In this document: positions 1 through 8,891 of the stretch, piece by piece
Layout of the letters: each line of letters begins with the position of its first letter
Position numbering within the stretch: position 1 is the first letter of the stretch
Assembly: GCA_037441675.1 (NCBI GenBank)
Contig: JBBIRS010000007.1
Coordinates: forward strand, 43,679 to 107,678
DNA length: 64,000 nt
From: Planctomycetales bacterium
GTDB lineage: Bacteria > 4484-113
Direction: 5' to 3'
Notes under the pieces: model-generated
Told to the model about the DNA's origin: nothing
Databases searched by the model: none
Seen by the model: the letters and a program-made list of their open reading frames with translations, nothing else
Translations under genes and position numbers: made by a program

Positions 1-1
1 C

Positions 2-817
2 GTGCCGGTTGATAGCAAGTATTCTCGCACTCTAAGATTCTTTCCAACTATTTTCGGCGTAAAGAGAGGCGGTCATAATAATTCTTCATTAGCGGGCGGT
101 TATGCCAAAAACACCTTCGTCTATGAGTGGGCTTTTGGAGATGGCTCATTTTCGGTTGAACCTACTCCAACTCATTCTTACTCAAAAGGCTCTATTTACT
201 CGGCGAAACTTAAAGTTAAAACTCAAAGTGGGAAAAGTTTGGAAAAAAAATTTACCGTTGATTTAAGAGAGATTGGGCTAACCGCCAATCATCCTTATGG
301 CATCGTCCCCCATAAGGTCGTCTTTTCCCTAAAATGTTCCGACTTGTCTCAACTCTTTGAAATTTACATTGATTTTGGCGATGGAAGTTCAGGTACTTTT
401 GCTATGCGTCCTGACATTACGCCAATTATTACCCATACTTACTCTGAGGTAGGAACATTCAGGGTTTCTGGTAGAGTATCCGCGGATGCAAGTGATGTAA
501 GTAATGAGAAATCCTGGCGAGAGACTAATGAATTGTACATTCTCGTCTTTCCCAACCCAAATCCCTCTGTCAGAAACCTGTCAAGCTCTTTTGCGAGGAT
601 TGGGGAAGAGCTTAAGCTATTTGGCTCCGACTTTGGGCCCATGATGGAGGAGAGGAGTTTAGTGATGCTTGGTGGAGGAGTAAAAGCGAAAATTCTAGAG
701 TGGCACGACCGTGAAATTCGCTTTCAGGTTCCAGAAGAGGCGAAAAGCGGAGAGGTTTACGTTAGAAGACACAACTATCAAAGTAACCGCGTTTATTTGA
801 CAATACTTGATGGGTAG
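2..817 (+). CDS. PKD-repeat-containing protein, 5'-truncated at the window edge (C-terminal part)
   Basis: ORF runs from position 2. Repeated beta-sandwich signatures (FGDGS at two sites, HSYS/HTYS motifs) are typical of PKD/Ig-like surface domains. Confidence 0.5.
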   Translation: MPVDSKYSRTLRFFPTIFGVKRGGHNNSSLAGGYAKNTFVYEWAFGDGSFSVEPTPTHSYSKGSIYSAKLKVKTQSGKSLEKKFTVDLREIGLTANHPYGIVPHKVVFSLKCSDLSQLFEIYIDFGDGSSGTFAMRPDITPIITHTYSEVGTFRVSGRVSADASDVSNEKSWRETNELYILVFPNPNPSVRNLSSSFARIGEELKLFGSDFGPMMEERSLVMLGGGVKAKILEWHDREIRFQVPEEAKSGEVYVRRHNYQSNRVYLTILDG

Positions 818-833
818 GGTTAGCACCCTTTTG

Positions 834-954
834 GCTCACGGACGCTTGCCAGCTTTGGGCTGGTCCTCGGGCGTGATACAGGGTCAGCGTCAAAAATCCA
901 ATGTGAGACAACGGCGGGGGTTGTATACACTAGGGCGCAAACTCGTATCGCGCC
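834..954. repeat. Interspersed intergenic repeat, copy 1 (modules A and B)
   Basis: Shares with 6175-6288 a conserved block GCTCACGGnCGCTTGyCAGCT...GGGCGTGATAsAGrGTCAGCkTCAmwAATCCAATGTGAGACAAyGGCGGGG. Shares with 8769-8810 the hairpin GGCGCrAACTCGTATCGCGCC plus CGGCrGrGGCAAG. Confidence 0.5.
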
Positions 955-1089
955 GAGACGGCAGGGGCAAGCTCTCCGCACGAGAGGGGCGTTTCAGCGT
1001 CAGGCGTGTCGCTTATCGAGTCGCGTATTATTTGTTTCACTTTTTCCGAGTCTTTCGAATCTAGCGATGAAATTTGGTAGAATAAAAGC

Positions 1090-1629
1090 ATGAGTTCGCA
1101 GAATATTCCCGATGAAGAACAGGAAGAACCAAAAATTATAGTTGAGGATAAGAGGTTTAACCGTGATGAGATCTTTAGTGAAACTTTAGTTAGCACGGAG
1201 GAAGAGAAGACTTTAGAGGAGAAACCATCTACTGAGCCATCTAAAGTATCCGAAGAGAAGACCGCTTCGGCGGAAGAGGTTAAAAAGCCAACCGAGGAGG
1301 AGGAAGCAAATGAGCCAAAGCTTGTGAGCGTGTTCTCTTTGGGTGTGGATGGTTATCTGAAGCAGAGTCTCGGAGTACTTTTGAACTTTGCCTATGTGTA
1401 TTTGGGACTGATCGCCAATCCCGAAACAGGCATCTTAACACCAGATATTTCCAAGGCGAAACTCTCAATTGACACGATAGATTTCATTATGGAAAAGTTG
1501 AAGTCAAGCTTTACCAAGCAAGAACAGGCGGAGCTCACAAGGTTGATTCGCGACCTCAAGGTCAATTTCTTGAACAAAGTTTCAGCGTCAGTGAATACGG
1601 TAGTAGAAAACAAAAAGGCAGGGGGTTAA
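1090..1629 (+). CDS. Hypothetical acidic protein with an E/K-rich N-terminus
   Basis: 179-aa ORF. Its stop lies 1 nt before the kdsA GTG start, so the two are translationally coupled. No recognisable domain. Confidence 0.5.
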   Translation: MSSQNIPDEEQEEPKIIVEDKRFNRDEIFSETLVSTEEEKTLEEKPSTEPSKVSEEKTASAEEVKKPTEEEEANEPKLVSVFSLGVDGYLKQSLGVLLNFAYVYLGLIANPETGILTPDISKAKLSIDTIDFIMEKLKSSFTKQEQAELTRLIRDLKVNFLNKVSASVNTVVENKKAGG

Positions 1630-1630
1630 A

Positions 1631-2464
1631 GTGTTAGAGGTTGAACTTGAAGCCTTTGGCATAAAGATAGGCAATCATTTGCCACTGGTTTTTATCGGAG
1701 GACCCTGCGTTCTTGAAGAAAACGGAAGTTACCTTGAGGTTGCGGAAGGGCTGAAAGAGATATGCGCAAGCTTGCAGATTCCATTTATCTTCAAAGCAAG
1801 TTACGACAAGGCTAACAGAAGCTCCATCCACTCTTACCGTGGGCCGGGCTTAGTTCAGGGTGAACAGATGCTTATGGAAGTGAAAGCCCGATATAACGTG
1901 CCAATCTTAACGGACGCACACACCGAAAAAGAAATTGAGCTTCTAGGTGATGTGGTGGACATAATCCAAATTCCCGCGTTTCTCTCACGGCAAACTGATA
2001 TGATTACCGCAGTAGCGAAGAAGGGTAAGCCTGCAAACGTAAAGAAAGGTCAGTTCTTGTCTCCCTGGGATTGTAGTAACATCATTGAGAAATTCCGCGT
2101 AAGCGGTGGAAGTGACATCATTATAACTGAGCGCGGTTCCTCCTTTGGTTACAACAACCTCGTTGTTGATATGCGCTCATTTATGGTCATCAAATCCTTC
2201 GGTGTGCCTGTATGCTTTGACGCGACCCACGCAGTCCAGCTTCCCGGTGGCGCTGGAAAGGCAAGCTCGGGTCAGAGGGAATTTATCTTTCCTCTCAGCT
2301 TGAGCGCGGTTGCACAGGGCATTGCCGCACTATTCTGGGAGGTCCACCCTAACCCGAATTTGGCTTTATCAGATGGTCCTAATATGTTCCCGCTTTCGGA
2401 CGTTTCTGATGCATTAAAAGAAATTAAAGCTCTTGATGATTTTATAAAAGCTAGAAGCAGATAG
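1631..2464 (+). CDS. kdsA: 3-deoxy-8-phosphooctulonate (KDO8P) synthase
   Basis: 277 aa with GTG start preceded by AGGGGG. Full-length match to the KdsA/DAHP-synthase fold (LVFIGGPCVLE, KASYDKANRSS, FDATHAVQLPGG). Confidence 0.9.
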   Translation: MLEVELEAFGIKIGNHLPLVFIGGPCVLEENGSYLEVAEGLKEICASLQIPFIFKASYDKANRSSIHSYRGPGLVQGEQMLMEVKARYNVPILTDAHTEKEIELLGDVVDIIQIPAFLSRQTDMITAVAKKGKPANVKKGQFLSPWDCSNIIEKFRVSGGSDIIITERGSSFGYNNLVVDMRSFMVIKSFGVPVCFDATHAVQLPGGAGKASSGQREFIFPLSLSAVAQGIAALFWEVHPNPNLALSDGPNMFPLSDVSDALKEIKALDDFIKARSR

Positions 2465-2616
2465 ATTTTATTGATGATTCTCTCTGATAAAATTTGTTCG
2501 GGAAATTTTAGCAACTAAATTCAAGCTAGTGACTTTTTTTAGAAACGGAAACTCACTGCTTTTGAGGGTAATATGTATTTGATGAGACGTAAAATCATTT
2601 TTATAGGGGTAACCAG

Positions 2617-4443
2617 ATGAACGTCTTACTGCTTGTCATTTTATCACTCATCATCTATTTTCTTGCATACAAGTTTTACGCCGATTACATATCTAAGAGC
2701 ATGAGGGTAGATGACTCTCGCCTAACTCCAGCCCATCTCTTGCGGGATGATTTAGATTACGTTCCGTCAACGCCTCTAGTGGTTTTTTCCCATCATTTTG
2801 CGACAATAGCTGGCGCAGGTCCTATCCTTGGTCCAACCATAGCCTTCGTCTATGGGTTAGTTCCTGTTTGGCTATGGGTGGTAATTGGCGCAGTTTTTTT
2901 GGGTGCTGTTCATGATTACACTTCCCTTTTCATAAGTCTTCGCGAGCGTGGCAGAAGTATCGCGGAAATAACTGCTAAGACTAGCGGTCGGCTGGGATTC
3001 TTCCTTTATATTAGTTTCACAATTCTTCTTATTGTCCTAGTGTGCGCTGCCTTCCTTCAATTTTCGGTTCAAGCTCTTACGAGCTTTTATCCCCTCGATT
3101 CATTCAAAGTTGACCCTGGACGTTCCCTTCTTCCTTTGCATACTTTTGTTCGCGAAGGCGTCCAGATGGTGAGAATTGGCGGTATCGCAACCACCTCCGT
3201 CATTATCATTACCGCATTTGCTCCGCTAGTTGGTTATCTGCTTTACAGGAAGCGAATAAGAGTGCTTTTTGCTTTCTTAATAGCTACCATAGTTGCAATT
3301 GCGTCCGTTTTAGTTGGATTTTATTTCCCAGTCCAATTTCACGGTCTTTCGGATAATTTGATTCGTCTTATATGGATGATTATTCTAAGCGTTTATGTTC
3401 TTTTTGCATCCGCTCTACCTGTTTTTATACTCCTCCAACCTCGGGATTTCACGAACGCCATTCTCCTCTATGTAGGTATGGCTCTTCTATTCCTATCAGC
3501 AATTTTTGGCGGACTGATGGGAGTAAAAACGGACGCTCCTTTTATTGGCTCTCTTCACGGCGCGAAGGGACTTGGTTTTATCTGGCCAGTAATGTTCATC
3601 ACCATTGCCTGCGGTGCCATATCGGGATTTCATTCCCTAGTTTCCTCAGGAACAACCGCGAAACAGTGTGATAGAGAGAATAACGCTAGGGTGATAAGTT
3701 TTGGCGGAATGCTTCTTGAATCACTGCTGGCGGTGTTAGTGATTCTTGCGCTAGCCGCAGGGCTTGGCTTCTCTGAGTATCTAAAGGTCGCATGGCCTGA
3801 AACTGGAGCGTCCAACCCAGTTCTTGCATTTGCCCTCGGCGTTGGGAATTTGATGAACAAGGGTTTAGGATTTCCACTTTATATTGGCACAATTTTTGGA
3901 ATTTTGATGCTTGAAGGTTTTCTAGTAACCACTCTTGATTCTGCGGTTAGGCTCAACCGATACTTGCTTGAGGAGTTATGGAACTTTACCCTTGGTGGTT
4001 TTGGAAGTGCTCCGGAGCGTGTGCCAAAAATTCTGAAAAGCCCATACTTCAACTCCACCCTCACTGTTCTACTAGCTTTTGGATTAGCTTATCCAAACGC
4101 ATACACCTCAATCTGGCCACTCTTCGGTACAGCTAATCAGATGATGGCAGCGCTCACCTTAATAACGGTCAGTCTTTGGCTTGCCTATCGCGCTCGCCCG
4201 GTATGGTATACAGTTTTTCCTGCAATCTTTATGGTGGCAACAACTACGGCTAGCCTAATCATAATAACCCTTAATACATCGCACTTAGTTGCCCAATCGC
4301 CAACACCCGCGGTGATATCAAGATTTGTTCTCGGAATCATCCTTCTCTTCTTCAGCATTGGTGTTGTTCTCTTGGGATTGATGCGGAGCTGGGAATTCTT
4401 GACTGGCAAGGCTGAAAAGATACCAGAACCTGAACCTACTTAG
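2617..4443 (+). CDS. cstA: Carbon starvation protein A (CstA-family peptide/pyruvate transporter)
   Basis: 608-aa polytopic membrane protein. The N-terminal HHFATIAGAGPILGPTIA / LGAVHDYTSLFIS block is the CstA signature. Confidence 0.85.
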   Translation: MNVLLLVILSLIIYFLAYKFYADYISKSMRVDDSRLTPAHLLRDDLDYVPSTPLVVFSHHFATIAGAGPILGPTIAFVYGLVPVWLWVVIGAVFLGAVHDYTSLFISLRERGRSIAEITAKTSGRLGFFLYISFTILLIVLVCAAFLQFSVQALTSFYPLDSFKVDPGRSLLPLHTFVREGVQMVRIGGIATTSVIIITAFAPLVGYLLYRKRIRVLFAFLIATIVAIASVLVGFYFPVQFHGLSDNLIRLIWMIILSVYVLFASALPVFILLQPRDFTNAILLYVGMALLFLSAIFGGLMGVKTDAPFIGSLHGAKGLGFIWPVMFITIACGAISGFHSLVSSGTTAKQCDRENNARVISFGGMLLESLLAVLVILALAAGLGFSEYLKVAWPETGASNPVLAFALGVGNLMNKGLGFPLYIGTIFGILMLEGFLVTTLDSAVRLNRYLLEELWNFTLGGFGSAPERVPKILKSPYFNSTLTVLLAFGLAYPNAYTSIWPLFGTANQMMAALTLITVSLWLAYRARPVWYTVFPAIFMVATTTASLIIITLNTSHLVAQSPTPAVISRFVLGIILLFFSIGVVLLGLMRSWEFLTGKAEKIPEPEPT

Positions 4444-4553
4444 GCTTCAATCGCTTTTGCTTTTCGCTTTATAAATGCTCGCCATTTCTGCAAGCTAAAG
4501 CCAATGATACCTGGGATGATGCTTATAGTTGAAGTATAGCGAGCATGAGAGAT

Positions 4554-5822
4554 TCATTCTCCAAGGATCTCTTCAGGAGAGATCTTCCGAACGAACTCAA
4601 ACCTCATACTTCTCACCGTTTCCACAACAATGTCCTTAATGGCGTTATGCTGAGAGTCAATTGAAATCTTGCCTGTAACTCCCTGAAAGTTCACCGTCTT
4701 TTCAAGCGCGTTTGTTACCTCTTCGCTATCCAAGGTTCTTGCGCGTTTAATGGCATCGGCGAGCAGGTAAACAGTATCGTAAGCAAGCGCAGCGAAGGCA
4801 TCGGGCAGAGTTTCATTCTGCTTGTGAAAGCTTTCAACGAAGCTCTTTGATTTTTCATCCGGCATATCCGAAGAAAAATGATTGGTTAGGTAAACTCCCT
4901 CAACACTTGAACCTCCCTGGCGAAGAAATTCATAGCTTCCTAGCCCATCTCCACCAACAATCTTTACATCAGGCAACTTTGAGCGGAGCTCACCTATAAT
5001 TTCTACTGCGTCCGTGTAATAGCCCGGCAGGAGTAAAACTTCAAACTTCTTCAACGCTATCCTGTCAATAATTGGCTTAAAGCTCGTGACAATTCCGCCT
5101 CCGATGTATGCCTCATCTGTCATAACTTGTACATCCTTGAAATTGCTCCTGAAGCTACTGAGGACGATCTCCCTTAAATGCCTGCTATAGGCGGAACTGC
5201 TGTCCCAGAGGATAGCGACACTCTTTGCACCAAGGTCTTTCGCAGTAAATGTCGCCATTGCGCGCCCTTGAAGATTATCTGTAAAGCATACCCTGAAGAC
5301 GTACCTTTTGGTTGAACCATCCTCATTTAACGTGACTTGCGGGTTCGTGGCTACTGGAACTAGTAGCGGAACTTTCAGCTCCTGCGCCACTCTTGCCATC
5401 TGAATAGCTTCTGTGGATGAGGCGGATGCGATTAAAAAATCAGCTTCCTCCAAAGTAACAAGCTTTCTAGTCAAGGATTCTGCGAACGGAGCTTTGCCCT
5501 CCGTATCTTCGTAAATTACTCTAAATTTCTTCTTGTATACGCCACCTGCGCTGTTTATTTCTCCCACCGCCAAGTCAATTCCATTTTTCAACATCACGCC
5601 AAAACCTTGTATGGGACCCGATAGCGGTAGCGCTGCTCCAACTCTTATGAAATCTTCATTCGCCACTGACTCGTTTTGGCTTCCTAGCTCCTCTAGCTTG
5701 GGCTCCCTGGGACATCCGTTTAATAAGAATAAAAACCAAAGGGCGAAAACTAGGACGAGAGAATTTGCCAGTCTGGTTAATAGGCTCATTTGTTCTAGTG
5801 GGAAACGCATATGAAACCGCAT
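4554..5822 (-). CDS. ABC transporter substrate-binding protein, branched-chain amino acid (LivK/LivJ) family
   Basis: 422 aa. N-terminal signal/lipobox (LLNGC). Type I periplasmic binding fold resembling Leu/Ile/Val-binding proteins. A start at an internal Met is possible. Confidence 0.75.
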   Translation of the reverse strand: MRFHMRFPLEQMSLLTRLANSLVLVFALWFLFLLNGCPREPKLEELGSQNESVANEDFIRVGAALPLSGPIQGFGVMLKNGIDLAVGEINSAGGVYKKKFRVIYEDTEGKAPFAESLTRKLVTLEEADFLIASASSTEAIQMARVAQELKVPLLVPVATNPQVTLNEDGSTKRYVFRVCFTDNLQGRAMATFTAKDLGAKSVAILWDSSSAYSRHLREIVLSSFRSNFKDVQVMTDEAYIGGGIVTSFKPIIDRIALKKFEVLLLPGYYTDAVEIIGELRSKLPDVKIVGGDGLGSYEFLRQGGSSVEGVYLTNHFSSDMPDEKSKSFVESFHKQNETLPDAFAALAYDTVYLLADAIKRARTLDSEEVTNALEKTVNFQGVTGKISIDSQHNAIKDIVVETVRSMRFEFVRKISPEEILGE

Positions 5823-5860
5823 ATGAAATTTATCCTTTCTCCGCGAATAACTTGAATAAC

Positions 5861-5889
5861 TTGAGTGAAAATTTCACGCAGTTTATAAT
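5861..5889 (+). promoter_or_regulatory. Sigma70-type promoter for tRNA-Leu: TTGAGT-N17-TATAAT
   Basis: TTGAGT at 5861-5866, 17-nt spacer, TATAAT at 5884-5889, about 85 nt upstream of the tRNA. Confidence 0.4.
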
Positions 5890-5973
5890 TGTATCAGGAT
5901 TTGAGAAGAGGTTGAGGAAGAGAGAGATTATTGAGAAAGGAAGAAAAAAGCGTCAAGACCGAGCGATTAGAGT

Positions 5974-6057
5974 GCCGAGGTGGCGGAACAGGCAGACGCG
6001 TCGGACTCAAAATCCGATGGGGGCAACCCCGTGGGGGTTCGACTCCCCCCCTCGGCA
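5974..6057 (+). tRNA. tRNA-Leu (anticodon CAA)
   Basis: Cloverleaf read by eye. Acceptor GCCGAGG/CCTCGGC with discriminator A. Anticodon stem TCGGA/TCCGA with loop CTCAAAA. Long variable arm. T-arm GGTTCGACTCC. Confidence 0.85.
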
Positions 6058-6174
6058 GATTCCAACTGAATGTTGGGGAAAGTGTATCGCGCCGAAATTT
6101 ACCTGTAGGGCTGGGCCCTGTGCCTCGCTAAGATGAATGAAATGACGGCGACCTCAAGTACTTTCAATTCTGGA

Positions 6175-6321
6175 GCTCACGGCGCTTGTCAGCTCCTAGC
6201 TGATCCCCGCCGTGGGGATAGGACACGCCCGGCGACGGGCGTGATAGAGAGTCAGCTTCACTAATCCAATGTGAGACAATGGCGGGGCACAGCTCCCCTT
6301 CAGGGTGAACCCGCCCTACAG
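6175..6321. repeat. Interspersed intergenic repeat, copy 2 (modules A and C, with GNRA-looped hairpin insertion)
   Basis: Lies between tRNA-Leu and purL. Hairpin TCAGC-TCCTA-GCTGA (6189-6203) corresponds to CCAGC-TTTGG-GCTGG (849-863) with a compensatory C:G to U:A change. An 8-bp hairpin CACGCCCG-GCGA-CGGGCGTG is at 6224-6243. Confidence 0.5.
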
Positions 6322-6323
6322 TA

Positions 6324-6351
6324 TTGCTTTTATCTTATTGCTCAGTATAAT
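6324..6351 (+). promoter_or_regulatory. Candidate sigma70 promoter for purL: TTGCTT-N16-TATAAT
   Basis: TTGCTT at 6324-6329 and TATAAT at 6346-6351, about 32 nt upstream of the purL ATG. Confidence 0.35.
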
Positions 6352-6382
6352 CTACTTGGAAATATAAAGTTCCCTAACACAG

Positions 6383-8713
6383 ATGAACGATTTTGAAACG
6401 ATAGATAATCCTGATGACACGCTTCTTGCGCGCGTTGGATTGACAAGGGATGAGTTTTCGCGTCTATGTGAAAAGCTTCAGCGTTCCCCAAACATAATCG
6501 AGATGGGAATGGTGGGCGCTCTTTGGAGCGAGCATTGTGGATACAAGTCATCTAAGCTCCACCTGCAAAAACTGCCTACAAGTGGCGAGAGAGTCTTGCA
6601 GGGTCCTGGCGAGAACGCGGGCGTTGTGCAGGTCAATGAGGATGTTGCGGTAGTCTTCAAGATTGAGAGCCATAACCATCCATCTGCGGTTGAACCATTC
6701 CACGGCTCTGCCACTGGCATTGGTGGAATAATAAGAGATGTTTTTACCATGGGCGCGCGTCCTATTGCCCTTTTAGACCCCCTAAGATTTGGACCCATCA
6801 CGAACTTTTACAACCCGAAGCTGGAAAAAAACCTGGTTCAGCGCAACCGTTATCTGATGAACGGAGTTACCGCGGGCATTTCATTTTACGGAAACTGCGT
6901 CGGTATTCCAACGGTCGGTGGAGAACTTCTCTTTCACGAGAGCTATTCATTAAATCCACTGATGAACGGTCTTTGTCTTGGCATTGCGCACCCAAAAGAG
7001 CTTATTTTCGCTTCCGCTCGTGAACTTGGAAGCAAGTTAGTCCTAGTGGGAGCTAAAACCGGGCGCGATGGAATTCAAGGCGCAACATTTGCTTCCGTTG
7101 AACTTACGGAGGATGTTCAAAGAAGTAGGCCTGCGGTTCAAGTTGGCGATCCATTTTTGGAGAAGTGCTTGCTTGAGGCAAGCCTGAGATTGAAAGCTCA
7201 CCCGGGACTAATCGGTGTGCAGGATTTGGGCGCTGCGGGTCTCACCAGTAGCTCCGTTGAAATGGCATCTCGCGGCGGTGTGGGCGTCCGTCTATATTTG
7301 GATAAAGTTCCACTTCGCACTAAGCATCTTTCTCCCTATGAGATTATGCTTTCTGAATCTCAGGAGCGTATGCTTATGGTGGTGAAGGAGGAGGCGCTTG
7401 CCGACATATACAGGGAGTTCTCCAAGTGGGGATTAGACGCTAGCGTGATTGGCGAGGTCATTGAAGAAAAGGTGGTTAGCATATACATTAACGGGGCGGA
7501 AGTAGCGCGACTACCGGTGGAGCTTTTAGTTAAAGGCGCGCCAGTGCTTGAACGCAAGCAGTCTCCGCCAACTCCTCCGAAAGAGTTTATCGCCGATACT
7601 CGTATTATTGCTTTAGAATTATCCAAAAGAAAACTGCCAGCAAATTTTCCGGTGAGTATTCTTTGCAGAAACGAATACGAGCGGGCTTTGTCTCTTCTCT
7701 CGGCGCATCCGAATTGCGCAAGCAAGAGAATCGTCTGGGAGCATTACGATCGGCAGGTTCAAATAAATACAGTCCTAGATGCGGAGACTTCTGATTCTGC
7801 CGTGCTTAGAATCAAGGGCACAAAGGAAGGCATTGCGCTAACCACTGATGGACCAGCTCATCTGGTTGCAATGGATGCAAGGTTGGGCGGAATGCACGCA
7901 GTTAAAGAAGCGTACCTTAATGTTTTATGCTCAGGCGCAGAACCTGTTGCTTTTACTAACTGCCTTAACTTTGCAAGCCCAGAAGTGCCGGAGGTGATGC
8001 ATAGCTTTGCGGAGTGCGTAGAAGGCATGGCTTATGCCAGTCGTCTCCTCAACACTCCAGTTGTTTCGGGAAATGTTTCCTTTTACAACGAGACCGCCAG
8101 CTCAAGGATTATTCCCACGCCAGTAATAGGGATGCTTGGTATTGTGAATGATGTTGAACAATCCTTGAGTTTCAAATGGCATGAGGAACGTGAAGCCTTT
8201 TTAATTACAAGTAGCGATTTTACCTTGGCAGGTTCTGTCATTCTGACTGATGTTCTTGGCGATTTTATGGGAAGGCTTGTTGCGCCTGATCTTCAATTTC
8301 TACTGCGCTTGAAAGATTTTATCCTTCAGGCTAATTCAAAAGGGCTCATCAGTTCGCTTCATGACATTGACTCTTCAGGGCTACTCCATGCCCTTCTTGA
8401 ATGCACGCTTTCTGGTGTTGGCGCATCACTAACCTTGCCAACCGAGCTTCTCTCAAATCAGGATAGCTTGACCCTTCTCTTTGGTTATCCATCCGTTGGA
8501 GCTATCGGAACTTCCAAGGCGAAGGATTTTCCCAAGATCATTAAGCTTGCCGAGAAGCACGAAATTAGGCTCTTCCACCTCGGGCGAACCGGTGGAAATT
8601 TCTTGACGATATACGATGGACTTAATAAGACACCGCTTATTAACCTTGAGGTTGGATTGTTCGCTTCCCTATATAATTGCGCATTAGTCTTCTTCCTCAC
8701 GCACAACATTTGA
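6383..8713 (+). CDS. purL: Phosphoribosylformylglycinamidine synthase subunit PurL (FGAM synthase II)
   Basis: 776 aa. N-terminal GLTRDEF...LWSEHCGYKSSK and two AIR-synthase-like domains are diagnostic of small-type PurL. Confidence 0.9.
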   Translation: MNDFETIDNPDDTLLARVGLTRDEFSRLCEKLQRSPNIIEMGMVGALWSEHCGYKSSKLHLQKLPTSGERVLQGPGENAGVVQVNEDVAVVFKIESHNHPSAVEPFHGSATGIGGIIRDVFTMGARPIALLDPLRFGPITNFYNPKLEKNLVQRNRYLMNGVTAGISFYGNCVGIPTVGGELLFHESYSLNPLMNGLCLGIAHPKELIFASARELGSKLVLVGAKTGRDGIQGATFASVELTEDVQRSRPAVQVGDPFLEKCLLEASLRLKAHPGLIGVQDLGAAGLTSSSVEMASRGGVGVRLYLDKVPLRTKHLSPYEIMLSESQERMLMVVKEEALADIYREFSKWGLDASVIGEVIEEKVVSIYINGAEVARLPVELLVKGAPVLERKQSPPTPPKEFIADTRIIALELSKRKLPANFPVSILCRNEYERALSLLSAHPNCASKRIVWEHYDRQVQINTVLDAETSDSAVLRIKGTKEGIALTTDGPAHLVAMDARLGGMHAVKEAYLNVLCSGAEPVAFTNCLNFASPEVPEVMHSFAECVEGMAYASRLLNTPVVSGNVSFYNETASSRIIPTPVIGMLGIVNDVEQSLSFKWHEEREAFLITSSDFTLAGSVILTDVLGDFMGRLVAPDLQFLLRLKDFILQANSKGLISSLHDIDSSGLLHALLECTLSGVGASLTLPTELLSNQDSLTLLFGYPSVGAIGTSKAKDFPKIIKLAEKHEIRLFHLGRTGGNFLTIYDGLNKTPLINLEVGLFASLYNCALVFFLTHNI

Positions 8714-8768
8714 GAGATTGCCATTCCTAAATCCACTCCATTTCTGGGAGAGCGGAGGTAAGATTGAA

Positions 8769-8855
8769 GGGCGCGAACTCGTATCGCGCCGGATTCGGCG
8801 GAGGCAAGATCTACTTAAGAATCTGCACATCAGTGTGAATCTGCCCTACAGGGTG
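8769..8855. repeat. Interspersed intergenic repeat, copy 3 (modules B and C)
   Basis: GGCGCGA-ACTCGTA-TCGCGCC hairpin at 8770-8790 matches 934-954. CAGTGTGAATCTGCCCTACAGGGTG (8831-8855) matches CAGGGTGAACCCGCCCTACAG at 6301-6321. Confidence 0.45.
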
Positions 8856-8891
8856 CCCTCTCAGCCAAAAACGCAACCTTCTTAACTCAAA

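Noticed and set aside
807-1064. 85-aa Arg-rich ORF (MMGRVSTLLAHGRLPALGW...) on the plus strand
   Set aside because: It lies entirely within the GC-rich intergenic repeat (modules A and B). The same repeat elsewhere does not keep an open frame, and the composition looks like translated structured DNA. Treated as spurious.
4444-4553. Inverted repeat AAATGCTCGC...GCGAGCATGA between cstA and the convergent binding-protein gene as a terminator
   Set aside because: The loop is about 50 nt and there is no U-tract on either strand. It is not a convincing intrinsic terminator.
5765-6136. 123-aa and 66-aa ORFs overlapping tRNA-Leu
   Set aside because: They run through a confidently folded tRNA gene and the downstream repeat. 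No coding signal.
6058-6382. ZTP (pfl) or purine riboswitch upstream of purL
   Set aside because: The repeat lacks the GACTGGCG...CCGGGC-type ZTP core and the purine-riboswitch UAUA/junction signatures as I recall them. It also recurs at non-purine loci.
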